Shown here: piece after piece, positions 1 to 11,838 of the stretch | Layout of the letters: every line of letters starts with the position of its first letter | Position numbering within the stretch: the stretch's first letter is position 1 | Assembly: GCA_043228905.1 (NCBI GenBank) | Contig: JBHGNT010000001.1 | Coordinates: 13,144,001 to 13,208,000 of the forward strand | DNA: 64,000 nucleotides | Origin: Azolla caroliniana | Lineage: Eukaryota > Plantae > Polypodiophyta | Direction of reading: 5' to 3' | Program-made: the position numbers and the translations under genes | Notes under the pieces: model-generated | The model's database searches: none | What the model was told of the DNA's origin: nothing | Seen by the model: the letters and a program-made list of their open reading frames with translations, nothing else

Positions 1-1090
1 AGGCGGATCCGGAGGATATGCGAGGCGGACAAAGGGTCGGCAACGGCGTTCGGGAGGACCGATCGGGGAAGAAAGTGCGGGCATCGGAAACGGCGGTCCG
101 GATGTAGACGGTGGTTCGAGGAAACACGGTGGACGTGGCGGATCGGGTGGAGGCAACGACTCGGCGAACGTCGTCAAGTGTGGCGGATCGGACGGAGCCG
201 ACGGTTCGAGACCATTCGACGGAGATGGTGGGCCGGAAGGCGACGGTGGTTCGTGTGGACGGGGTGGACTTGCTCGAAGTGGAAGACAAAGCCGGGCAAG
301 CCCACGAGGTTGTCAAGGGCTCGGTTGGCCGCCTTGGCCGAAAATCTCGCGTTTTGTTCCCCTTTTGGCACATACCGGTGGATGTGCGGTTAGGTGGGGG
401 CGGATGTCGTGAAGATTTTCGTCCATAGGCGGAAAACCGAGCGAAGTAAGCAAACCCGCGATGTGCAACGTTGCACATCAAGATGTTGTATTTCTATTTG
501 TCGATAGTGATAAGTGTGGTGCTAGAAATGCACCTTAGGATTTGTAAAGTGTAAAGGTGATGTGCTTTTGCGCGCACATCCACGTGAGAGAGAGAGATAG
601 GTACATAGTAGTTCGTGTAGAGGTGGGAGTTAAGACCCATCCTTCCCACCTCCCCTAAAATCAAGGGAAATATCCCCATTGATTGAAAGGGGATATTTTG
701 TAGCACCTTTATGTAACGGTCTTCCCTCCTTGTGCTATAAAGGGAGAGGAAGAGCACCATTGTGGGGGTTGCCTTATTTTGAGTGTGAGTGAGGTATACC
801 ATTTCGTTTTAGGGTTTCGGGTTCCTTAGTCAGGGTTTCTTTCCTTCTTCGTCGGATTAGGGTTTTGGGTTTATCATAGTCGTTTGGTGCGGCCTACGCG
901 GCCGCCATTTTGTAATCGGTTTTCGGTTCTAATACATCTTGTTGAGCATCCGGCCTCCATCTTCCTCTTGTCCATTCTTTCTCTTCTTGTGCTAAGCTCC
1001 ATTCCGAAGTCCTATTCCTTCTCCCCTTCTCCTTAGTCCAAGACCCCCGTGGTTCCGCCCTTCTCCACGCACGCGCGTAACTACGCGACA
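1..1090 (+). mobile_element. Element X: 3' end of a gypsy-type LTR element of the tRNA-Trp/4-bp-TSD group (internal 1-404, PPT 391-404, 3' LTR 405-1090), inserted in the gag of copia A
   Basis: PPT TAGGTGGGGGCGGA is followed by TGTCGTGAAG... and the LTR ends ...CGCGACA at 1090. The same PPT occurs in element G (33953-33966, minus). Copia gag (A-S-W-S-Y-K-M) resumes at 1091. Confidence 0.85.
405..1090 (+). repeat. 3' LTR of element X
   Basis: TG...CA ends and inverted termini TGTCG/CGACA. Homologous to the solo LTR at 6487-7206. Confidence 0.88.
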
Positions 1091-4000
1091 GCGTCTTGGT
1101 CCTACAAGATGCACTAGTACCTGCTCGGGCACGGCTACTGGAGTTATGTCGAAGGAGCTAATGACGCCGCACCCGAATCGACACACAGAGACTTCCCGTC
1201 ATGGGAGCAATCGGTGAGCAGGGTATTGTACTGCTTCACGTCGTGTGTGGGCGAACAGCTACTGAGCTATGTTCGGGATGCAAAGACGCCAAAGGGTGCG
1301 TGGGAAAATCTGAAGAAGATTTTCGCCACGAGCACCACAGCCAGGAAGCTTCAGCTCCGACAGGAGTTGAGCAACCTACGACAACGCGACTTGTCGGTGG
1401 CGGACTATACCTCAAAGATCAAGGATATCTGCGACTCCCTCGCCTCCATAGAGGTGAACATCGAGGAGAGCGAGATGGTCTAGATCTGTCTCGGAGGTTT
1501 GGCGTCGAAGTTCGGAGCGTTCCGAACGGCTGTGTGTACCCGGGAGAATACGCCGTCCTTTTTTGACTTACAGTCAATGCTCCTGGTAGAGGAGAACCAC
1601 GCGGGTGCGTCTACAAGCACGCACACCAACAACAGAATGCTGTACACGGAGGGAGATAGGCCCCGTGGACGTGGAGGACGAGGTGAGTCGGCGCACAATG
1701 GAGGCGGCCGACAAGATCAAGGAAGATGGCATCGAAGTGATGCCGACAGCAACTCCGGACCCTCCGGAAACAGGGGGAGTCGAAGCGATGAGAACCGGCA
1801 AGGGAAGTCCATCGCGGAGTGCTGGTACTGTGGCAAGAAAGGCCACAAGGAAAGTGAGTGCTGGAAGAAGCGCGCCAATTTGGAGAGAACTGGTTCCGGG
1901 AACGGCTCCAGACGTACCGACAAGGGAAATCGGCAGCGATCGCACTACGCCAAAGACTCCGGGAGAGCTGGAGAAGGGTCTGTCTTCGTGACGACACACG
2001 AAGCAAACTCAATGAAACAGAGCACCCCGAGATCGGATGAGGTGTGGTACGTAGACTCCGGCGCGTCAAACCACATGACGAGCCATAAGGAGTGGTTCTC
2101 ATATCTTGAAAAATCGATACAACCGGGAGTAGTCGCAACAGGAGACGACACTCCGCATCCGATCGCGAATGTCGGAGAACTTCCCCTTAGCCATGTCGGG
2201 CAGAAAGGGAAACTCAAGAACGTGCTGCACGTTCTGACAATCACGAAGAACTTGGTCTTGGTCGGACAGATCATCGACCAAGGGATGGAGGTTCGGTTTA
2301 CACACCTCGGGTGCTTCATTGAGGAAGAAGACTGTGTGATTGCGCAAGGGCGCAGAGACGGGAGGATGTTCATCCTCGACTCCACTGACGGCGGCACCGC
2401 AATGTTCGCAAAGGGACAAAAGACCGAGTCGGACATCGACTTGTGGCACAAGTGGATAGGCCACGTCAACTACCAGCGGCTTCAAGATCTGCAAACGAAA
2501 CATGTAGTGTTCGGTTTGCCCAAATTTAGTGGCCGAAAGGCACAAATTTGTGAAGCCTGCCAGCTCGGGAAGCAACACCGACTTCCCTTCCCCAACGAGC
2601 GAAACCGGAGCCGGAACAAGCTCGACCTTATACACTCCGATGTATGGGGGCCGGCACAAAACGTTAGTCTTGGCGGGAGCCGATATTTCGTCTCCTTCAT
2701 CAACGACCACACACGACACACGTGGATCTACCTCATTGAGAGGAAGAGCGAAGTCTGCGACTATTTCCGGGACCTCAAAGGGTTCGTGGAAGCCGAAACG
2801 GGACGAAAGATCAAGTGCCTATGGTCGGATGGCGGAAAAGAGTACTTTTCCGGTCAATTCAACGGTTATCTACAACAAATGGGAATTCGCCGCGAATTCA
2901 GTTGTAGATACACGCCAGAGCAGAACGACGTGGCCGAGAGAAAGAATCGGTTAGTTGTGGAAGTGGCACGGGCAATGCTGGAGGAGAAGAGCTTGCCCAA
3001 GTTCTATTGGGCCGAGGCGGTAAGGACCGCGGTATACATCCAGAACCGGATCGGAGACAAAGTGTCGGCGCACGAGCTATATTTCGGAACAAAGCCGAAC
3101 TGGCGACACTTGAGGGTGTTCGGTAGCATTGCGTATGTGCATGTACCGAAGGAGAAAAGGAGGAAGCTAGACGCAAAGGCCGAGAAGTGTATCTTGGTCG
3201 GTTACTCGAACGAGCAGAAGGGTTATAAGTGCTATAACCCTCACACCAAACAAGCGCGTGTTAGCCGCGACGTTGTGTTTGACGAGTCCGCGTCGTGGTA
3301 CCTGCCCCTGACTCGGAACCCTGACTCCAATACGAGTCCTAACGATGAGGTCAGCGAGGCTGAGATGCCTCCGGATGAGCCAGAAATCGAGACCCGCGAA
3401 GAGAGTCCGATTTCACTCCGGTTAAGTGGACCGATTGGACGACTGAGTCGGTACGACCAGTCCGATAAAGAGCCGGCGAGTAGTGGAGACTCGGCCGTGC
3501 ATTCCCCGCGCAGGAAGCCGAGGAGACGGCTTACGCGCAAAGAGAAAGGGAAGAAGAAGGTGTCGGATTCCGGCACGGAAAGGAACGAGTCAGACCGACG
3601 CGAGTCCGACTCTGAGGGAACCGGTGACAGATCTTTAAAGGTGAAGACCGCGTCGACCGAGAAGGCCTCGATATCGGCTAATGTGAGATTACACCGATCT
3701 ACCCGTCAGAAGAACCTAGTTGTGCGGTTCGGATACAATGAGTACATGGCGCATCATTATGCGTACATGACCCGTATAGCGGAAGTGCGTGAGCCGGAGA
3801 GCTACGCAGAAGCGGCGAAGGACGCGAATTGGCGCGCCGCGATGGAGGAAGAGAGATGCACGCATTGGCGGAGAACGAGACCTGGGACCTGGTTGACGCA
3901 CCGAAGGGTGTGAAGCCGATCGGGTGTAGGTGGGTGTACAAGGTCAAGTACAACACCAATGGCTCGGTCAACCGGTACAAGGCTCGACTGGTGGCAAAGG

Positions 4001-5882
4001 GCTACGCGCAGAAACAGGGCATTGACTACGATGAGACGTTTGCGTCGGTCGCGAAAATGACGACCGTCCGTGTTTTGCTCGCAGTAGCTGCGGCCAAGGG
4101 GTGGCACTTACATCAGATGGATGTAAAGAATGCATTCCTGCAAGGTGACCTTGAGGAACAGGTGTACATGGTACAACCCCCCGGATTTCACTCTGGAACG
4201 AACTCGTCGGCAGTATGCCGACTGAAGAAGTCCCTTTACGGACTGAAGCAAGCCCCGCGTGCCTAGAACGCGAAGATCACGCAACAACTGCGTCGGATGG
4301 GCTTCATCACGTCAAAATCGGACTCTTCCCTATTCATCTAGAAAGGTCGACTCGGACCGTTAGTATTTTACTGTATGTTGATGACTTGGTCATCACCGGC
4401 GCCGACCTAGATGAAATCGACCGCGTGAAGCTCGAGCTTGCGGCGTCGTTCGACATGAAGGATATGGGGGACCTTCATTACTTCCTCGGGATCGAAGTGA
4501 CCCGTACCCCCGAAGGCATATTGATCAGCCAACGTCATTACGTGCTGAGTATGCTCTTCAAACTCGGGATGGCCGACTGTAAGTCCATCTCGACTCCTCT
4601 GGACAGAACCGTCAAGCTTCGTCCCGATACGGGAAAGGTATGCGACCCGACGAGGTTCCGACAAATTGTCGGAAGCCTCATATACTTGACCATCACCCGA
4701 CCTAACCTCAGTTATTCGGTTGGGGTGATCAGTCAGTTCATGGCGCGACCTACCGAGGAGCACCTTCAGTGTGCGCAATGCATACTTCGGTATGTAAGTG
4801 GCACTAAGGACCGGGGACTGCTATATCGGACCGGTGCAGCCGCGTAGTTAGTCAGCTACACCGATGCTGATTGGGCTGGCAACACCGCCAATCGCCGATC
4901 CACGTCCAGATACGCGTTCTCCCTCGGGAGTGCCGCGATCGCGTGGAGCAGTAAGAAGCAGTCGACAGTTGCACTGTCGAGCACCGAAGCGGAGTACCGA
5001 GGAGCGGCTGTCGCGACATGTGAAGCCATATGGTTGAAGCGGCTACTTAAGGACTTGCAAGAGGAGGTGTCAGATCCGACGACGATCTACTACGACAACC
5101 TCAGCAACATCCAACTCGTGAAGAACCCCATCTTCCACGCACGGACCAAGGACATTGAGGTGCACTACCATTTCGTCCGTGAGCGTGTCCTTTCCGGTGA
5201 AGTCGAACTTCAGTACGTTCCGACGGATCGGCAGGCTGCCGACATCTTCACCAAGCCTCTTGGTCTGGACAAGTTGCGGCAATTCTCAGGTGCGCTCGGG
5301 TTGCGTCACCTTGACGTGCCGAACTTGAGGGGGAGAACAGTCCCGAATGACCAAGCAAGGCAGCAGGAAAGGAGCGGTGACCATGACACCGAGTCGATTG
5401 ACTCGTTTGTTGACTCGGCTGAAGAAGCCAAGGGTGACTTCGGATCGGCTGAAGAAGCCGTGGGCGGACCCGCGGAAAAGTTCGGAAGAGGACAAAAGGG
5501 GAGCAGTCGAAGGAGAGAGCCGAAGCCAACCACGCATGGGGGAGATGACGCCATCGAGGGTGAGAAGACCGAAGACGATTTGGAGACAGCCAACTCGGAC
5601 GAGAGAGAAAACCGATCGGAAGTAGCCGAGTCGGTTCGGATGTTTGATTCAGACACGCTGAATCAACCGAGGCCCAAGTGGAAGAAAAGGCAGCAGAAGA
5701 AGCGTCAACACCGCAACAACAGAAGAGCTGATGAGGGCCACATGAGCAGACAAGCCGACCGGAAGGGTCGAAGCGCGCGGAGTCGAACAGGTCGAGGAGT
5801 GCGAGCGAGGCGAGAAGCCAGGAGGAACTGGTGCTGTGAAGATCCCGAAGAGCCTCAAGTTGAGCTTGAGGGGGAGTGTTGA
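1091..5882 (+). pseudogene. Disrupted copia gag-pol of element A
   Basis: ORF pieces 1214-1483, 1499-3913, 3829-4266, 4215-4847 and 5034-5882 are separated by stops or frameshifts. Confidence 0.9.
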
Positions 5883-6238
5883 GAGACAAGCTCAACATCG
5901 GCCGGATCGGTTGGGACCGATCGGTTAGGCCGAATGCGTAAACCGGGAGGTCGTCAGGAAAGATATTCCGTGAGGAATATATTTGGGAGTTAGTGTAGGG
6001 GCTCTTGATGAGCATTGAAGTACTGTCAGTACTTCGGTCAGTCCTTCTGGGACTTGTATAAAAGTGCTCACTGAGCACGTCTTATGTACAGACTTGAGTA
6101 TTATTATTGAATATTGTTTTTTGTGTCTACTCTCTCTGTCTCTCCCGTGTATACCGTGTAAGCCCAAGCTCTCCATTGAACCTGAGTTTCCTTCCTCTGT
6201 TCTGTCTTCATACTTGCTTCCGCACGTTTTTTTCTACA
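5877..6238 (+). repeat. 3' LTR of copia A
   Basis: TGTTGAG...TTCTACA after the PPT. Closely similar to the solo LTR at 14456-14868. Confidence 0.92.
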
Positions 6239-6486
6239 GCAATGTCCGACAGAAGGACATGTCAGTAGCCGATTACACGGCCCGAATCAAAGAGATCTAT
6301 GAGTCACTTGCCTCTATCAACATCACTGTAGGGGAAGACGAGATGGTGCAGATCTGTCATTGGGGCCTAGCGTCTAAGTTCGGAGCGTTCCGAACGGTAG
6401 TATGTACAAGGGAGAATACGCCGTCATTTTTCGACTTACAATCGATGCTCCTTGTAGAGGAGAACCACGCTGGTGCGTCAACACGT

Positions 6487-7206
6487 TGTCACGTTGCTAC
6501 GCGCGTGCGTGGAGAAGGGCGGGACCACGGGGGTCTTGGACTAAGGAGTAGAGGAGAAGGAATCGGACATGGAATGGAAGCTTTGCTCAAGAAGAAGAAG
6601 AATGAACAAGAGATTAGATCGAACAAGAGGAAGATGGAGACAAGATTATCAACAAGATATATTAAAACGAAATGAACGATTACAAAACGGTGGCCGCGTA
6701 GGCCGCACCAAACGACTACTCGAAACCCTAACCAACGAAGATGAAGAAAAGACAAAGAAACCCTAACCCTAACCCTAACGCTCGACCTATGTGGTATACC
6801 TCGCACACTCAAAATAGGCAACCCTCACAATGGTGCCTTCCCTCTCCTTTTATAGCACAAGGAGGGAAGACCGTTTACAAAAGCGAGACTAAAATATCCC
6901 CTTTCATTCAAAGGGGATATTTGCCTTGATTTGGGGAGGGTGAGATTGATGGCCCCCTTAACTCCCACCTCCTCACAAACAACTAGGTACCTATGTACCG
7001 CATAGTACCTCTCTCTCTCTCTCGCATGGATGTGCGCACAAGACCACATCACCTTTATACCTTAGGGATCTTATGGGGCATTTCTAGCACCATACCCTTT
7101 ACCCTTATTACTATTACAAATACATTATGTACGTGTGCAACGTTGCACATCACTCTTTGGCTCTCATTGCTCGGGTTTCCGCTTGTGGACGAAAATCTTC
7201 ACAACA
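6487..7206 (-). mobile_element. Solo LTR of the X subfamily, with 4-bp TSD ACGT
   Basis: Reverse complement of the 405-1090 LTR. ACGT at 6483-6486 and 7207-7210. Removing the LTR plus one ACGT restores the gag frame (GASTRALTNSRMLY). Confidence 0.92.
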
Positions 7207-10200
7207 ACGTGCACTCACCAACAGCCGGATGCTGTACACGGAGGCGGATTGACCCCGTGGGCGTGGTGGATGAGGCGGGTCGGCGCGCAATGGTAGCAGC
7301 CGGCAAGAGCAAGAGTGAAGGCACAAAGAATGTGCCGACAATAGTTCTGGACCCTCCACAAGCAGGGGGATTCAAGGCGGCGCCGGAGGATGGCAAACAA
7401 AGGCCAACACGGAATGCTGGTATTGTGGTAAAAAGGGTCACAGAGAAAGCGAGTGCTGGAAGAAGCGTGCCGATTCAGACAGATCCAGATCCGGCAAGGC
7501 CGGCAGAGAGAACTGACAATACTCACACTATGCAGAAGGATCGGGAGGATCCAAAACCGGAAAAGCCGGTAAAGCAGCCTTGGTGATGAAACACGAGGCT
7601 AACTCGATGAAGAAGAACACTTCCAAATCGGAGGAAGTGTGGTACGTTGATTCCGGTGTGTCGAATCACATGACGAACTACAAAGAGTGGTTCGCCTTCT
7701 TGGAGAAACTGGAACAACCGGGAGTCGTGGAAACCGGAGACGACATTCCTCACCCAATCGTGCATGTTGGAGAAGTCCCTTTGAGCCACGTCGGACAGAG
7801 GGGGAAGCTAATGAACGTATTACACATTCCGACTATCACGAAGAACCTGGTGTCAGTCGGCCAGATCGTTGACTAGGGGATGTAGGTGCGGTTTATGCAC
7901 CTTGGGTGCTTCATCGAGGAAGAGGGCCAGATTATTGCGCAAGGGCACAGAGATGGGAGGATGTTCATCCTCGATACCAATGACGTTGGCACCACTTTGT
8001 TCGCCAAAGGACAGAAGATTGAATCAGATATTGATCTCTGGCACAAGAGGATCGGCCACGTCAATTACCGGAGGCTTCAAGACCTGCAAATGAAACAAGT
8101 TGTTTTCGGTTTGCCGAAGTTCAGTGGCTGGAAGGTCCAAATATGTGAAGCCTACCAACTCGGGAAGCAACACCGGATTCCATACCCCACCGAACGAAAC
8201 CGTAGCCGTAACAAGCTCGACCTTATTCATTCAGATGTATGGGGACCGGCATAGAACGTTAATCTTGGCAGGAGTCAATATTTCATCTCCTTCATCGACG
8301 ACTATAGCCGGCACACATGGATCTACCTCATCGAGAGGAAGAGCGAAGTCTTTGAGTGTTTCCGGAACCTTCAAAGTTTGGTTGAATGGGAACCGGAGAG
8401 GAAGATCAAGTGCCTGCGGTCAGATGGCGGAAAAGAATATTTTTCTGGCCAATTCAACACTTATCTGCAGCAAAAAGGAATTCGGAGAGAGTTCAGTTCC
8501 AGATACACACCGGAGCAAAACGGTGTGGCCAAGAGGAAGAACTGGTCGATTATCGACGCGGCAAGGGCGATGCTGGAGGAGAAAAGCATGCCCAAATTCT
8601 ATTGGGTTGAATCGGTTCGAACGGCCGTCTATATCCAAAACCGGATCGGTGACAAGGTGTCCGCGCATGAGCTGTATTTCGGGCGCATGCCGAATTTGAG
8701 ACACCTTCGAATATTTGGTAGCATTGCATATGTGCATGTGCCGGATGAGAAGCGGAGGAGGTTGGATGCAAAGTCGGAGAAATGCATCCTGGTCGGTTAC
8801 TTGCATGAGCAAAAGGGGTATAAGTGTTATAACCCCCGGATGAAGCAGGTCTGAGTTAGCCGGGATGTTGAGTTTGATGAGACGGCATCATGGTATGCCT
8901 TACCGGCTCCGACTTCCGACCCCGACCCGATACCGGAGGATGAGGCTAGTGAGCCTAAACCGATATAGATAGAAGATGAAGACCTTGGCATTCTAGAAGA
9001 GAGTCCGATCTCATTTCGGTTAAGTGGACCGAATGAGCGGCTGAGTTGGGATGATCAGTTGGATAAGGAACCGGCGAGTAATGGAGACTCTGCCGTGCTC
9101 TCCCCGCGCAAGGAACCGAGGAGACGGTTCACGCGCAAAGAGAAGGGGAAGAAGAAAATGCCGGAATACGAAACCGGCAACGTTGAGTCGGATTGGAGCG
9201 AATCCGACTCCGGTAAGGAAGAAGGCGGATCTTCGGGAACAAAATCCGAACCTGCCAAGAAGGGCCTCAAACCGGGTAATGATAAGTTACACCGGTCTTC
9301 CCTCTAGAAGAACCCCGTGAAGCGGTACGAGTACAATGAGTACATGGCGCATCACTTTGCGTACATGACCAAGGTGGCGGAAGTGCGTGAGCCGGAGAGC
9401 TACCCAGAAGCAGCAAGGGACGGAAATTGGCGTGCTGCTATGGAGGAAGAAATGCAAGCACTTGATGCCAACGACACATGGGACCTAGTTGACCCTCCCC
9501 AACATTGTAAACCGATCGGATGTAAGTGGGTGTACAAGGTAAAGTACAACACCGATGGTTCGGTTAACCGGTACATGGGGGATGGCATCTTCACCAGATG
9601 GACGTGAAGAATGCATTTCTTCAAGGATATCTTGAAGAAGACGTCTTTATGACCCAACCCCCCGATTTCCAGTCGGAGATGAACAAGTCGGCAGTATGCC
9701 GACTGAAGAAGTCACTTTATTGCCTGAAGCAAGCCCCCCGAGCTTGGAATGCGAGGATCACGCACCGGTTGCGTAAGATGGGGTTTGTGGCCTCCAAGTC
9801 CGACTCTTAGTTGTTCATCCGGCAAGGTCTGGACGGTCCGGTTTGCAATTTGTTGTATGTTGATGATGTAGTCATCACCATACCCAGACTCGATGAAATA
9901 ACTATCGGACGCATTTGAGATGAAGGACCTGGGGGACCTTCACTATTTCCTTGGGATCGAGGTGATCCGCACCCCCAACGGCATATTGTTCTCACAAAGA
10001 CACTATGTGTTGAATATGTTGTACAAGTTCGGCATGATGGAATGCCGACCGATCTCCACACCCTTGGACTGGAACCAGAAGCTCCGTCTCGACTCTGGAC
10101 TGGCATGCGATGAGAAGCAGTTCCGACAAATCGTCGGAAGCCTTATATATTTGACAATCACACGACCCGACATCAGTTATCTGGTCGGCGTGATCAGCCA

Positions 10201-11402
10201 ATATATGTAGAAGCCGACCATGGAGCACCTTCTGTGTGCACACCGAATTTTGCAATATGTGAGTGGCACGAAGGACTGGGGATTGTCATACCGGCATGGT
10301 ATAACCGAAGAGCTACGCGGCTACACCGATGCCGACTGGGCCGGCCATGCATTGGATCGCCGATCCACCTCCGGCTATATGTTTTCCCTTGGTAGCGCGA
10401 CTGTTGTGTGGAGCAGCAAAAAGCAGCCAACAGTGGCCCTTTCGAGCACTGAGGCTGAATATCGGGGCACTACTCTTGCCACCTGTGAAGCCATTTGGCT
10501 TCAACGACTGCTACAAGACCTACGGATCGAGGTGCCGACCCTGATCCTGATCTATTGCGACAACATAAGCAGCATGCAGTTCGCCAAGAACCTCGTATTC
10601 CATGCTCACACAAAGCACATAGAAGTGCACTACCATTTCGTGCGTGAGCGTGTCTTGAGCGGTGAAGTCGAACTTCGGTATGTTCATATGGATCGGCAAG
10701 TTGCCAACATCTTCACCAAACCGCTTGGATCGGATGCTTGGTGTTCAGCATCTCGACGTGCCACACTTGAGGGGGAGAACGAGCAAAGACACCGGAACGG
10801 GCAAAGGCAAAGAGACTGCCGATTGTGCTGGTGAGGGAAGAACCGACAAAGGGAGAGACAAGAAGAAGAAAGGAGCCGAGTCGACAAAGGAAGTGGATAC
10901 ATCCGAACAAGTCGGAACAAGCGGAAGTGGCGGCAACGTCAAGAAGGACAGAGCCGACCGGAAGAAGAAGGCCAAGAACCAGACATGGTTTGATGTGGTG
11001 AAGGGCTTGGAACCGGAAGACGAATCGGGAGTGACCGATTTGGACAAGAGTTGGAACGAATCGGAAACAACCGATTTGGTTCAACAGATGGATTCGGAAG
11101 AACCGGATCAATTCAAGGCCAAGAGGACGAGAAGGCAGAAAAAGTCGGTGCCAACACGAAGGAATCGGCGAATTGGCAAGCGCCAAAGCCACAACAACGA
11201 GGGAGCTGAATTGGGCCTGTTGAGCAGACAAGCTGATCGAGGAGGTCGAGGTGCGCAGAATCAGAAGGGTTGCGGCGAACGGGACCGGACCGGACGAGAA
11301 GCCTGAGCGAGGCAGAGTGACGCTAGAAGGAGTCGGATGGAAGGACCGGCTACCATGGAGATTGACACTACGATCCGAACTCAAGTTGAGCTTGAGGGGG
11401 AG

Positions 11403-11838
11403 TGTTGAGCGGCAAGCTCAACCGGATCAAGATCAACCGAATAAGTCTGAGCCGGATCGGCATCCGGAAGGATGAACCGAATCGGTGAGCCGGTGAGCAA
11501 GTGAGTCGGATAGTTGGGGAGCCGATTAGCCGAATCCAGTAGGAACCAGAAGTCTAGTAGCAGCCTAGACTACTAGGTAGTCAATGTTTTGTAGTTAGTG
11601 TCAAACACTCGTGTGAGCATTGAAGTACACCGTACTTTTGTCAGTCCTCTTAGGACTTGTATAAATAGTGTTGTTGAGCACATTGTATGTACACAGAGAA
11701 TTTTACATTGTTTTTGATAATAGATTTAAGTTGTTATGCTCTTTCTCTGTCTCTCCTACGTATTAATCTCTCTCTCTCTCTGTCTATTGCTATCCAGCTA
11801 AGCTGGTTGTCTAAAGCTTCCGCACCTTCGTTTTCACA
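11403..11838 (+). repeat. 3' LTR of copia B
   Basis: Follows PPT TTGAGGGGGAG. TG...CA ends, with GAGCATTGAAGTAC and CTTGTATAAA motifs shared with the other family LTRs. Confidence 0.9.

Larger units (their letters stand above)
1091..6238 (+). mobile_element. Ty1/copia element A (5' part outside window), inserted into the gag of copia B
   Basis: Domain order gag (zinc knuckle CWYCGKKGHKESEC), protease (WYVDSGASNHM), integrase (HSDVWGP), RT (LYVDD), RNase H (ADIFTK). PPT at about 5866-5876, 3' LTR 5877-6238. Confidence 0.95.
6239..11838 (+). mobile_element. Ty1/copia element B (degenerate, same broad family as A), 3' LTR 11403-11838, inserted in copia C
   Basis: Fragmented gag/PR/IN/RT/RH ORFs homologous to A. 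PPT is followed by TGTTGAGC...TTTTCACA. Host gag-PR of C resumes at 11839. Confidence 0.92.

Noticed and set aside
5336-5876. env-like gene after copia pol
   Set aside because: Highly charged, with no signal peptide or transmembrane segment, and in frame with RNase H.
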